From positions 10,168,001 to 10,232,000 of the forward strand of contig CM068754.1 in assembly GCA_035084275.1 (NCBI GenBank): DNA of 64,000 nt, in the 5' to 3' direction. This DNA is from Hydrolagus colliei. Its lineage: Eukaryota. Shown in pieces: positions 1-13,366 of the stretch. The notes under the pieces were generated by a model, which had not been told where the DNA came from, ran no database searches, and was given only the letters and a program-made list of their open reading frames with translations. Position 1 is the first letter of the stretch; every line of letters starts with the position of its first letter. Both the position numbers and the translations under genes were made by a program.

Positions 1-419
1 AGGTGCTAGCATCATCAAAAAGCATAGAATCCCAGCGAGCAGGATGCATATGCTTCTTGTCCCGATTGTCAAATCATCTCCCAGACAGACCTAATAACTA
101 ATACTCTGTCAGTTTAGTGTTCAATTTGAAAAGCAAAGTTAGAGTTGCTTGCAAAATCAGAAATTTTGGATTATGCATTAACATTGGAAAACACTGACTT
201 AGTTGTTTGCACCTCAGTAAAAATCCCTAAATACTTCTCTGATATCTGGCAAACATCAGGGCTAATTCTATGAGACGACTGTCTCTATTACAGTCTCTTC
301 TGGCTGGAGCTTGTTGTTATGTAATGTAAATACAAAAGGAAGTTTTATGACGGTGGCAAATCTAAAACCTAGTCTACACAGGAGACTTTGTCCTGGTAAA
401 AATTCAGGGTAATGTTAGA

Positions 420-535
420 GATAAACAGCATAATGTAGGCTGACACTTCAGTGCAGCGCTCAGGAAATGGTGCACTGCTGGAGGTGCCATCCTTCAGATG
501 AGATATTAAATTAAGATCCTGTGTGTCTGCTCTTG
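420..535 (+). mobile_element. Decayed DeuSINE-like (SacSINE/AmnSINE-type) fragment
   Basis: ctgacacttcagtgcag...gcactgctggaggtgccatccttcagatgagatattaaa resembles the Deu-domain SINE core as I recall it; a related reverse copy lies at about 48370-48680. Confidence 0.55.
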
Positions 536-1069
536 TGGTTTGAGGGAAAAGTTGAATGAGATGATCTCAACTTGTGCAATAAAAGGAGTATTAAAGGGCC
601 TCAAAGTTCTGAGCTAAGAAGGAGGAAAAATGAACAGAGTTCCTTCCCAATTGAGTTGCTCAGCAAGAAAGTGGATGCTGGGTGAGGGCAAGTTTAGCCT
701 TGACAGTGATATCCTCTATGTTCAAATAGCCTGTCACTAATCAGATTCACATGTGAAAAAATAATTATCCGTGTGCAAGACAATTGCTTGAGGAACCTGA
801 AGGAAGGGAAGAAAGTAAAATGGAAAACACAGAAGAAGAGGAGATAGAGTTCTCTGCAGGGAGAGTGAAAGAGAGCTGCAAAAACAGAAAGGAAAAAAAA
901 CAGGGAGAGAAAAGATAAAGAGAGCAAGTAGATGATGGGAATTGTCTACGTTTCTAAACACAATTCTGTTGTTTAAAGAAGATATTAAAAATAGTAAACA
1001 TAATATCTACAGAAAAGTAACAAAAAAGCCAAGCAAGTAATGCACAGGTGCAAAAGTATTTTCAAATCC

Positions 1070-1331
1070 AGTCAGGGTGAAACCACCTTGGGTGAGTTGC
1101 CTTACTCCACACACCTAATAATAATCCCTCCAAAGAACCCACAATAATAAAATTGGTCATTTCAATCCACAACTGTTTGTGTGACACTGCTGTGCGCAAT
1201 TGGTTGCCGCATTTCGCCCACAAATATACAGTCAGTTCACTTTACAGAATATTCTGTGAAGCATTTTGAGACATCTTGAAGACATGAAAAGCACTAAATA
1301 AAAATTCAAGGAGTATTATTATTATTATTAT
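1070..1331 (+). mobile_element. tRNA-derived SINE, 5'-truncated, (TAT)n tail
   Basis: Shares ccttactccacacacc...ttggtcatttcaatccacaactgtttgtg...gtgaagc..tttgagac...(TAT)n with many copies in the window. Confidence 0.85.
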
Positions 1332-2693
1332 AAACGATTAAGGAGAATATATATATTATATTGCACACTAGTAATGTTCTGTACTAATATCCATATAAAC
1401 CACGAGCATACTGTACCTCAAAATGTCATTACAAAACGTTTGAAAATGTAAGCTGGTAGTGTCATTAAAAATTGCCCTAAAGTCCATGCTCATTGTTTAG
1501 TTCTACAAATGGAGTGTTGGTCTGTTCTGTAATTAACATTAATATACCATTCCAGAATTCTCGTCAAATAAATTCCTGTTCCTGTAGGATTGCACTGCAT
1601 TATAGATTCATGTTGTGATGGTATTATATGCCTTGAGGTTTATTTTCCCCAGTTGTAAAAAGATGTGTATCAGATGGAGTCTCTGGTCTCAAAGTGCCAC
1701 TGGCTAAGTTTGTTTTTTCTTGAGTCACTTGAACTGGGTGCCCCAAAGGGCAGTAATCCAACACTGCCCTCAATGGCCCTGCAGGCTGTGTGTCACGAGG
1801 CCAGTTTTCTGGCATACGCTTCTCCACACTCACACATGTTTGCCAAACCAACACTTAACCTTTTGGACCATAATTTGTTAGCAGAACCCTTAGCAGAGCT
1901 GATGGAGTCAGCATGTGATAGATGAGTGCAAGTGAGGCTTTCAACAGTGCTTGTCTCACCAACAAATAATTATCATTATCACGTTGCAAGGAATACAAAC
2001 TGAAAACAGCACTGTGTGTTGGAAAGATTAATGCCCTGTAATAAAGAGGATAGATGTACAGTGTGAGGTAGACATTAAGTATCACCTGCATTCTTGTTAT
2101 TCATGCTTTCTTGATGCTATTTCTGAAATCAAATTATTTGCTTCAAGTTGGTTTTTTGTGAGCATAGACAAGTGTAGCCTCCACAACCTCTTTTGAAAAA
2201 CAGAATTATGTTTCCTTACGTGGCTTGATTCAGACAGAAATAAAACGGCAGATTCTGTAATAGGGCTTTTGGAAAACTTAAGAAAACATAGAATATAATT
2301 CCAATAGAAAAACATCATGTCTGATCATAATTGCACACTGAGTAAATTCATAGAATCATAGAATTTTACAGCCCAAAAGGAGGCCATTCGGCCCATTGTG
2401 TCTTTGCCGGCTGTTTGAAAATTGATTTTATGCTAAACCTAAAAACATTAAAATTGCTACGCTAAAGCAGTCAAGAACTCACAAATGTTTACTTTTTAGC
2501 ACAGCTTGATGTATAGTATTTCAAAAATGGCTCGGTTTCAAAACATGTAATTCAATCAAAAGGCCTTTTCATTTTAAACCAAATGTTGCTTCAAGTGAGT
2601 TTTCTTGATCTTAAGCAATCCTAGCAATGTATTAGGAGGCATTCACTGAGGCTGGAGGACAAGATGAATTGTTAGAAAAGCATTGAACAATGT

Positions 2694-2832
2694 TTCAGCG
2701 CCTTGCGATTCAGCGCCTTGGGACGTCCTCCGACGTGAAAGGCGTTCGATAATGTAATTTTGATGTTTTTTGTTGTGATGTCCTTCAGATGTGAAAGGCG
2801 CTCTAAAAATGTAATTTTGTTGTTGTTGTTCA
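2694..2832 (+). mobile_element. L2-type LINE 3' terminus with partial tandem duplication
   Basis: cagcgccttgggacgtcctccgacgtgaaaggcg...aatgtaattttgttgttg; same tail as the coding-bearing fragment at 4683-5160. Confidence 0.75.
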
Positions 2833-4682
2833 ACATTTGCTTTTCACTATATCCCTCTGCTAATGCAACCCACCATCTTATTTGTCTTTTTTACTGCTTC
2901 AAAGAACTGGGCTGACTGTTGCAGTCGTTTACCTTTACAAACACTCTTTCCTGATCAGCATACTGTACAACTGTCCCCCCTTTTGTTCCTTCATTCTATT
3001 CTAATTATTAAAAGCTTATTCACATTGAACTGCATCCGCTATTTTTCAGCATAGCCAACAAAAAGAGAGAGTAAATACAAGATACCTTTGCAACTTCAAC
3101 AGTTTCAGCATCTCCTTTCCCATAATCTGTAAGTAAAATAAATTATTTTGCCATTCAATATGGTGCCTTATCAAACTGCCGAAACATCTTAAAGTGTTCG
3201 ATGGAAATGTACTGTAAAGTACTATGTATGTATAAACGAACTAGTTGCTAACCAAGAAAGAGAAATGGGGAAGAAAATGTCATACTTGCAACTTAGAAAG
3301 AGTTAACTGGAATAATAAGCATTTTTCCTGATGTTACTGGAGCTTTTCCATGTGTCAGACTCAGAGGTATGCGTTTTTTCAGGATCAATTTGCACACATA
3401 TGCCAGTCAGACAATCCTGTTTTGTGAGCTAATGACATTTCCTAGTGGAACTGCCTGTATTGATTGGCATTCTCCCTGTGTTCTGAAAATGTTCCACGTC
3501 TAATCTCTGGTTTTGAATTTCACATTTCTGTGCTTTTAAAATGCTTTACAGATTATTTTTGAAATATGTAAACAAATAAAAAAAGGTTAATACAGTAAAT
3601 TGAAATTGTGGCTTTTGTAATAATGTGGAAATAATCTTTGTTTTATATCTCAGATCTCTGCTGAACTGCCAAATGGAATTCTTTATGCTGTGTTTCAATC
3701 AGTATCACCTTGAACTGAATGTACATGGATAACTTGTGAGCCAATTGAATTTGGAACATTGATTCATTTTGTTACTATTTCTCTGGTGACCTACTCTAGA
3801 GACACAGGTAAATGCCAGTCTTGCCAGCTTTGGGTTTTCAATCTGTTTCAACTAAATGTACATCTAACGTAGCACACCACCGTCACAATGGGCAGAATGG
3901 CCTTATTTTGTGCTGAATTTTCTGTGCTTTTATGTTTCTACATCTACCTGTTATTGATAACAGTCATGGTGAAATTGACAGCACTTTTCCGGCATCTCAG
4001 CAGGAGGGATGCATGTTGTAATAAGTGACCCATGAGGAGTTAAAATGGGAGGGGAAAAAGAATATTGTTCCCCCATGTTATAATTCGGAAGTTTCCCTCT
4101 CTGACTGAACTAACTCATCTCATGACCTCCGATGTATCATCAAATGTAATAGGCCAGTTGTTGTATTTGACCTTGAATACGACCCTAGATTGTCATACTC
4201 TGTATTACTTGGTTTTGTCTGTTAAATGGATGTCTCGCATCTGCTACTTTAAAGCATGGTCAGGTAAGCATTAAATATGATTGATCATTTGAAAAAGAGA
4301 TAAACATTTCGCTGTTGTAAGTCAATGTGTTCCTAATTTTGACGTTGTCAAGGAATCAACTTTTAATTTCAAAGCCAATTTGCCAGCAAACCTGTTCATA
4401 TTTAGTGAGACATGCTGTTTTAACTGGAATGCAAGAATCTCCTTTATGAAATAAAAAGCACAGTGGAAACATCACCTGCATCAAACAATGTAATTAATAT
4501 ATATGACCTTAAGTAAGCATTGTGTAATGGATATTGTGCATTACCTTAACAAGGTTTTAGGGTTGGCAGATTTCACCAAGTCCAAAACCATAAAATGGAC
4601 AGGGCAATGAAATCATGACTTGAGTTTGTTTCCTTTTCTGCATCTGAGATTCATTGAAAACAATAATATGTAATGTTTGCGC

Positions 4683-5160
4683 AACAACAATAACACAACT
4701 TGGATTTATACAACGCCCTCCACACCAGACGGCATCTCAGAGTACTTCACAATAATGGATCCCAGGGCCGAGCCAGTGGGAGGGGGAAAAAGGTGACTAA
4801 AAGCGCGGTTGAAAAGAAAGATCTTGAGGCATGACCTGAAAATAGGAAAAGAGGGGGGCAAGGCAAAGGAAGTGAGGAAGGTTCTAGAGACTTGGGGCGT
4901 AGTGGCTGAAGGCATGGCCTCCGACGGTAGAACAGAGGATTCAGGGAACAAGGAGGAGGTCAGACCTGGTAGAACGAAGGCAACGGGTGCTGTTGTGAGG
5001 AGAGAGGAGGTCACCGAGGTAGGCGGGTGCAGAGGAGTGGAGGGATTTGAAAACAAGAGTGAAGCTCTTGAAATCAATCCGCTCCAAGACAGGGAACCAG
5101 TGAAGTCTGGCAAGGACTGGAGTAATTGGAGAGCGAAGTTTGGTTCACAAGAGTCACAGA
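4683..5160 (-). mobile_element. L2-clade LINE 3' fragment (ORF2 C-terminus plus tail)
   Basis: Minus-strand translation PITPVLARLHWFPVLERIDFKSFTLVFKSLHSSAPAYLGDLLSP is typical of the L2 ORF2 C-terminus; ends in (TTG)n. Confidence 0.85.
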
Positions 5161-8100
5161 AGTAAATCGAGAAAAACAGTAACTTATTACTTTAAAAACA
5201 AAGTAGTTTCAGTAGCCAGTTTACATGTGAAACATTCCTGAAATAGATTATTAAAACAATCAAAATGAAATTTTAGATGGGGCGTAAACTGATCTTCCCC
5301 TCTGTCGATGTAATTGTTTAATACTGTACATACAAATATACCAAAGGGAGTGTATATAGATGCATTGTTTGCTTACAATGTTCAATTTTATTGGCAGGTT
5401 GTATCATAACTGGATGGAACATAACTTTATTTTATGCAAGTAGACATTTTGCAATTTGATCACTTGAATTATGATTTATTCGTATAATACAGTATGCAAT
5501 CATTCCTGACATATGGGCCAATTATATTACTTTAGGCAAGCATGAGCTGTGAGTGTTTTAGTCACTGGTACTTTGCTCAAGTGTTGATTCCTTCCTCCTG
5601 GTTGATCTGTGAATGCTGCCAGGTTATGTAACAATGGGGACATCACATCTGATTGTATGTGATTCCCTACTTGTACTGTACTGGACCCTGGTATTGTACA
5701 TTAACGGTCATGAAGCAGCGGATGATTTACTGGAACACTCACTAGTAGAATTTTCCAGGTCTCAGCACAAATAGGATACAACAACAATAAATTTATAAAG
5801 CGCCTCTCACACTGAGAGGACCTCCCAAGGCCCTGAACAGTCAATTAGCTTACTATCTTTTATATTCAAACATGTTGTCACTTTCCCCTTTTTGTTATGG
5901 AATTGTTTAGATTTGGTAACAGGCAGAAATCAAATATATATTGTATAACCCTGGATATGTTCACTATTTTAATGATGATGAAGTTAATTTAGCTGCTAAC
6001 TTACTTTATGTTGCTATTTCATTTCTATCTCATTCCGAGGGCTTTCTAGGTGGCCCCATATATAACCAGATGAACCATTGTAATAAAACACAAACATAAT
6101 AAAATGAAAACATACATACTGCTTTCCTTTGGGAGGGGAATAAGGCCCAGATGTGGCCTTAACACCTCCTTTGAATACACAGGAAGTTTCCCCATGGAAA
6201 TGGTACATGCAGTTTCTGAACACAAATTATTCTTCAATTTAGCAGCAATATCGAAAATTTCTCGACTAACCTAGAAACCTTTCTACATGACACTCCAGGT
6301 TTAGGATGTTATAAGTATTAGTTTGATCACAAATAGATTAATATGATTAAATTACAAAACAGTATCAAAAAGGGACATCTGAAGTAATTTATCAATGTGC
6401 AATGAAAGCTGTAGCAATATGGAAATCTGTTATGAATCCTGAGATTAGTACCCACTTCTAGTACCCACTGTTATTTTGCTCCCATGTAATACAATACTTG
6501 TCAGGTATAATGGACTGGGATTGAACTGATTCCAAGATGACATGTCAAGTAGAGAACAGAACTGAATCTATGGTGAGTTAAATCTATTGTGGACATGGGG
6601 GTCCAACACTAATTCTGCAGTAATTCAAGCTATAATTGATCAACCTGCCTGACTGGTGAATGGTACTTGAGGCAGTAGAGGTGCCATTTGGAGGAGCCTA
6701 TATTTTTCTATTCAGTGTCTGACATCCTGGCAAGGTACCATCCACTGGACAAACAGGAAGGAATAAGAAGCATATCAGTACCTCATATTAGAATCCTGCT
6801 TGGTTATGTAGTACTTCTCACCAATAGTTACTGCATACCTTAAAGAGTTGACAACTGACTTTGATCCCCTCAAATTAGATTATACTTGAACTCAGTTTTC
6901 CAAAGTTCAAAGTTACCATCCACTCCCTCATTTATTTAACCTTTTATGCTCAATCTCATGACCTTGCACTTTTATAATCACAAAATTGCTTCTATTTAGC
7001 TCTAAACATCTTCAAAGCTAACGGCCAAGAATCTTAGCATTGTAGGCCAGAGGGTGTTCGTTTAACTTATTTGAAAGTCACTGAAACGATTAAATATAAT
7101 GACCCGTTATGATCAAATCCAGAGCGACAGAAACCTGACATGTATTCCATGGGTCACACAGCAAAATCGGTTAAGTGGAACACAACGCAAAGCAGCAACA
7201 AGAAAAGTAAATGGTTAAAATAAAATGTTGTGCAATGGTAACAATTTTCAGATGCCCCTTGAATAAATACAACAGCTAAATTTCACTTACTAAAAACAAA
7301 TAACATTTGGGATTTGGATGAGAGAATGTCCACCCTCGTGACAAATGGTGTCGGTTGTCAAGTAATGATATGAAATTCACTCAGGAGTTCAGTTCTAGCT
7401 ATTTGTCTTCTACTTTTTCTGAACGTTAAGTTACGATTTCACGTATTTTCCCCCCAAAGAAGTCACACCTGCAAGTTGTCGGCAGCCAGATTAATGGGTT
7501 TTGAATGTGTTTTTCCTGAACACGGTTGCAAGTAAGATGGAGCGAGGTTCATTGCTGGGTGTTGGAGGGCAGGCTGTATTTCACAATGTGAAGGAACATC
7601 TTCCTTCACAGATGTTACTTTCATTATTTCCATGTGATAACGAATACGGATACCAGATACCCAACAAGCCATAAACCTTGAACAAATGGGTGCATATTTG
7701 CGGTTGCAGGCAGCAAATGGGGACCGGGAGGTGTTGGTGGGGGGTGGTGGGGTGGTGGGGGGTGAAACAAACTTTTTTTCAATGTGATTTGGGTGACAGA
7801 TAAATCTAATTTCTTCTAATTAGATTCCCCCTTGAATATATTACTCAGTGTGTTCATTCACGTTGAACATGCAGATGAATACAGTTTGTGTTTGTGTAAT
7901 ACAGTTGTAGTAAGTTGGGAGAAACTGAAAAGCTGCAGCCCACCCACCATGTTAAGTTTTTGTTAATACTTTACAGAAACTAAATGCAGACATAGACCTT
8001 TTGTGTCAACAAACATGCTATCCTACTATGGCAGTCAGAAGACACGATGCAGTCTAATGAAACACCTTACCCAGCCATTCATGTAAAATGTGAACAGAGC

Positions 8101-10840
8101 AGAAAGTCCATCATACACCTATCCCCCCACCACACTCTGCCCGTTCAGCTCAGTCAATGGGTAAAGCTGCCAATGGTAATAGGATTTAGTTGTTTGACAA
8201 AGTGTGTGTGTTGGGGGGAGGGTGGGTGGGGGACGGACCATCAGATGTCTCATCAGCTCAGTTGACATCATTGCTCGAAAATTTCTGAATTAATTTGACC
8301 CCTGCAGTGCACATAGATCCAATATTATCCACTTGATCTAACAAAAATCAACAGGCTTCAAGGTCATCTTTGCTTCTTGCCTCCTGTGAAAAATATCGAA
8401 ATGCAATCCAATCTTAATAAATACAGAAGTTGTTCATCAGAGTCTGAGTCGGAATTTCTGAAAGGTATGGTACAGATTACCCGCACAATAGATAGTCTGC
8501 CTCAAATAATGGGCAACTTCATGGGTTTGAGACTCCTGAGCATTTAATAACTGTTCTTTGCGAATTATTCCCGCATTAGCGAAAGGTAGAATTAAATGTA
8601 GGTACAGGATCAAGTTTCATTTGCAAACGTAGGTCGGTGATTTCTCCACAAGAACAGTCTGTACAGATTCAATTCTCCAAATTAATTGAATTCTCCCAAT
8701 TAAATCTGGTCAGAGTTGCTGCTAATGTTTAAAAGCATAACTGATTCCAGAATACACATTGAACATTGTATCCCACTACTGAATGCACACTTTGTAGGAT
8801 TGAACACTCGGCACTTCCTACAATTTAATTTTAAAAATATTTCAATTGGAATCTATTAAAGTTAATATTGTTTTTATGGGATTATTGACAGGTTAGTCAC
8901 TGAGCTAAACCAGCTAATCCCACTCTTCAAATCCAGCAAATCTCGTCAAACTAAATCGCTGAGCAAATTGAACAGGTGTATTGTGTAGCTATAAGTGTAT
9001 CCATCTTCAGGATATGTTAAATTACAGAATGAAAATGCTTAAAAGTAAAAATATTAAGTCAGGTTTAACTCCGTGAAAATATTCTGTACAAATGATACAA
9101 AAGACAGTATTTATCTTATTATCTTTCCCCACCAAAGGACGTAGTGTTCTACATATTTAAATGAAAATACAGTCGTAGTCTTCGTTTTATCAGTGAAGAT
9201 TGTCATGGCAGTATTAAAAATATAGTCAATGTGTAGACTTGTAATTACCGGTAGATCTAAATTATAACATGATTAAGGAGTCACCATTTCTGTTTATTTG
9301 CCGACTTTCATGGATTTAGGTCAAAGCCCCATCTTATGAATTCACTGGGAATCATAAATAGCAAAAAACGTTTGGGATCCATTCCTTGTATTTTTTTCAT
9401 TTAAAATATGCAATTTTCGTCATTTTTAACTCTCCCTCCCCTTCCCCAATTAAATCAATTTCATCATCCAGGTGTAACATTTCACATTCAGCGTGCGTGT
9501 AATATTGTGCGCATACATATATTATTGCCAACTGAGTTTAGAGCTAGTGGGTTATCAAGACAGTTCCTGTCTGTTTGTGTAGTGACAGTATTAATTGGGT
9601 ACTGTAAGTTAATACAGATAAGTGAGGCGCTGATGTTGGGATTCCTATACTGGTTGGCAAATACTGCTGTTTGCAGCAACCTTCAATTACTGGCAGAAAT
9701 CTACAATGTTTTTCAACTAAAATTTTGCTCAATGTATTAACAACAGAAAAGCCTATCGTACCTTTTAAAGCTGCAGAACCACGAACGGCAGGATGCTGGT
9801 AAATGTGCACAGCTCTCAGATTTATTTTTGGTGAGGGTGGGAGAGGTGGGGGTGGGGGATGAATTTTCAAATAAGTCTCAATTCAATCCCTGTGTTTAAC
9901 AATAAAATGAACATTATATTGTGACAGGAGTTGTCAGAGCGTGTGCTGTTCCTTCGATGTGACAGAGTCAACCTGCAGACCTGTGGACAGTTAGTTGCCT
10001 GAATGAGGTAACCGAGGTACAGGGTTCTATGTACAAGCACAATTACTGAAACTCAAGACACAATGTGTTTTATTTACGGCACAGGTTAACAAAAAAGTGG
10101 ATTAGGAAAAGGACTATTCAACCCTGAGTATTTTTGTTAGATTCAAACACCGCACTCACTGACCTGTGCTTCCTTTAGAAACGATTAACTCCCACCCCAG
10201 TGTGACTTTGTGATTGCATCTCACTCGCTTGTTGAGTCAGAATCCACAGCGAAACTGGGACAACCTTAGTGTTCAACTTTTATGGATTTACGTGGCTTTT
10301 TTGCCCTCCCCTTCCCCCTCCCCACAGACAAAAAAAAAACGAATTATTGCAGGAATAGAGCATTCAATCGAAGTGTTTAGACCAGTTCTTTACAGACCTT
10401 GGCATTGTTTGAGAATCTGATGACACTTCGATTAGTTGTATTTTGTGTAAACTGATATTGCAAACTCGGGAGTGGGGCCGCATTAGTGGGTTTTTAACGT
10501 GTGTGATTATTGCTCGTTCTCTTCTGCACAAAGTGTTTTTTTTAAAAAAAGTAAAATGACACACAACACTCTGCTATTTACACTGATATTGGTTGCCTAA
10601 CGAAGTTCAGATGCGGGGCACGCCACCAAGAGCTCGCTGTACTTTATAACACCTTCGCTTTGTCTCAAATCAGTTCTACATCCAATGCTCACAGACACTC
10701 AATGAGCATTTCCTGCGGCAGGTTTGACGCCTCCACCAATGTGCCGTCCACCGCCTTCAATGTTCTCTGTTTCCAAACGGATCGTTGGCTCCCAATCTCA
10801 ACAAGTTTCGAAAGTCCTTTCAATGAAACGCGACGGTAAG

Positions 10841-11475
10841 TTAGAGGCTGGGGTTGGCTGCCGGCTGCCATTGAACCTTTCCAACTCCCAAAGTCCTCTC
10901 GGTCACTGGCGAGCTGGCGTTTGGCGCTAGACCGTTTTGGGCGATCAACTTGAACGGATTCGTCGCCAGTCTGGAAGACGCGGCCAAGTTGTAGCCGTAC
11001 AACCCGTGAGGGCGACGCACGGAAAAATTGTACAGGTCTTGGGGCATCGGATTCTCTTGAGAAATGGTGCATCGAGGCGGCACGATTTGGAGCTGGGAGA
11101 AGTTAGCGTGAGGCGCCTGTAGCCCGTGTCCGTTGCCGTCTCCGGCTTTCGTAGTCAGTGCGTTCAGCGAAGACAAATAGGGTAAGCGGAACATGAGAGA
11201 CGCCGGGGACCCCTGGGTGCCGAAGATGTCCGACGGTGAAGCGTTGACTCTCACCCGGTCATAGGGCGGGCAGGCAAACCGCGGGGGGACCAGGTTCCTG
11301 CCGGAGGTGTAACACACGGGGAAGTCCACGTTGTACAGGTGGGCGTCTCGACAGCTCATCCCCAGAGCGTTCGCGGTCACATGAAACAAGGGCGGGGAGC
11401 AGGAGGGAGAGATCACCGAGGACAGGGAGCACGGCGTCTCCGCGTAGGCGACTCGCGAGGAGTCCGAACACCTGC
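10841..11475 (-). CDS. TBX22: TBX22 last coding exon
   Basis: Acceptor ttccag| at 11476, in frame with ORF 10841..11416 (SPPLFHV...LYGYNL...WQPAANPSL*). Confidence 0.88.
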
Positions 11476-13333
11476 CTGGAAGTGAAAATCCTACATGAAG
11501 TTAGGTTTGAGTGCGGCGGGGGTTACTCTACAACCCGGAGATTGTAAGCCCGTGGAGATATCGAGGGCTGAAACAAGAACAGGGGTTCGCTGGGGAAACT
11601 CGGCGGGTCAGGCAGCATCCATGGAGAAAAGGAAAATGAGTCAACTTGACTCATTTTCCTTTTCTCCATGGATGCTGCCTGACCCGCCGAGTTTCCCCAG
11701 CGAACCCCTGTTCTTGTTTCAGCCCTTGTGTTTTCAGACTTGTGTTTTTTTTTCAGACGCCCGGCTCCTGTAGTGTTTTATTTTAGATACCAAGGGCTGT
11801 CTGTGCCCACGAAGCCTGTGCGTCGGGGGGTGTTGGTGCATTGTTAACCGAGGACTTGCTTTCAGATTGGACATAACAACAACAACAACGAAATTACACT
11901 TGTATTAGCGCCATCACGTCAGGAGGGCGTCCCAAGGCGCTGGACGGTCACTGCCTCAGACCTCAGCTGAGGGTGGGTGGGGGGGGGGGGGGGATTAGGA
12001 GTTGCCGATGGGTCCATCGAAGAGGAGAGTTTTGAGGGGACACTTGAAGGAGGCCAGACATAAGCGTTTAGTTTGCTAATAATGGCTGTTTGGTGTAGGT
12101 GTGATTGTTATACTGTATTCAGTTGTGGTGAGAGTCTCACGTACCTCTAGTGTGTATATTAAAAGCCTGGAAATCCAGTGTTGGTATCGCAGCTCTCCAA
12201 GGATAGCCGTCCAGGACTCCTTCCAAACTCACCCTGTGTGCAATACAATCTTATTTTAGTGATGGCTTTAACAATCGCTTGTTTTTTTCGGAAGAAAAAT
12301 CAAACCGAATTAAGATGGTACATTTGACAAGCTTTCGTTCTATCGGGGTTTCTAACAGTGACTTTTAAAAAAAAAATTACTGACTGCATTTAACGAAATG
12401 AAAACCATCCCAAGACAGTTGTGATTTGCACAGGCAATAGTTAAAGAAGGGTTGTTTGTAGATGTGCCTTGACGCTGGTGTGAAAACTTTGTGAACCCAA
12501 ATATTTGCAACAACCTGATGAATGATTGCTATCGGCCTGGTGTGGGTATGGAACAGTTGTAAAGAAAGTACCTGTTTCTGCCGGGGTCCCTGAATCCTTT
12601 CGCAAAGGGATTTCTGTCGATTTTCAACCTCGTAATCTACGAACGAGAGGAAATCCGAAGCTCCAAATAAAACCGAGAAGGCTCACGTTATACGAAACAC
12701 TAATGATTTATGAGGGTTAGTCAGTCCCGCGGAAGAACTTCTGAATGTAGTGGCGAGAGCTAAAGCTACCGGAGGCGAGGTGTGACTGTGGAGGGGTTAC
12801 TTTGAGAATCCAAGTGATTTAACAGCAGAATAAATACTTAGTGACAATGATAATCAATCCGTTACTTCACAAAACGACGACTACCTTTGAAAGAGAGACG
12901 AATATTTAACATCAAGGGTGATAAACTGGAGGGGAGGGGGTGAGGGAGACTGTTCTGTGACAAACTTTAATATCAATTGGGAGAGAGTCAACTTGTGTTT
13001 TAATATTAAGGGGGGGGGGGGGGTTGGACCTCGGTTGTGGGTGGGGGGGGTGAGTGTGACTCTTGGAATCTGTGATTTGTTGCTGGTGTTGTTACTACGG
13101 TACCTGTTGGTTCTGGTAAGCTGTCACCGTCGTGAATTCGGTCTCCGGAAAAGCGAACGTTTGTACTCCATCTGCCGGGAGAGGCTGATTTACCGACACG
13201 TTAACACCCGCCTGCTTCAGGATCACATGAAGCCGCGGTTTATACTTGTGCATGGATTGCAGAATAATCTGGAGGGGAAAGGAAACAGGGACTTCACCTA
13301 ATCTCCCGTGTTTATCAAAGTTATGTGTGTATG

Positions 13334-13366
<33 letters not shown>

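Noticed and set aside
4706-5165. Overlapping 135-aa and 118-aa ORFs
   Set aside because: Alternative-frame and antisense readings of an L2 LINE fragment.
7463-7672. 69-aa minus-strand ORF bounded by splice-like sites downstream of TBX22
   Set aside because: No recognisable protein similarity and no partner exons found; cannot be supported.
10689-11471. Several ORFs overlapping the last TBX22 exon on both strands
   Set aside because: Shadow frames of a GC-rich coding exon.
11495-11773. 92-aa plus-strand ORF, and possible pre-miRNA
   Set aside because: It spans the repeat-derived palindrome. A perfect 81-bp stem with a 1-nt loop is unlike a canonical pre-miRNA, and the ORF has no recognisable homology.
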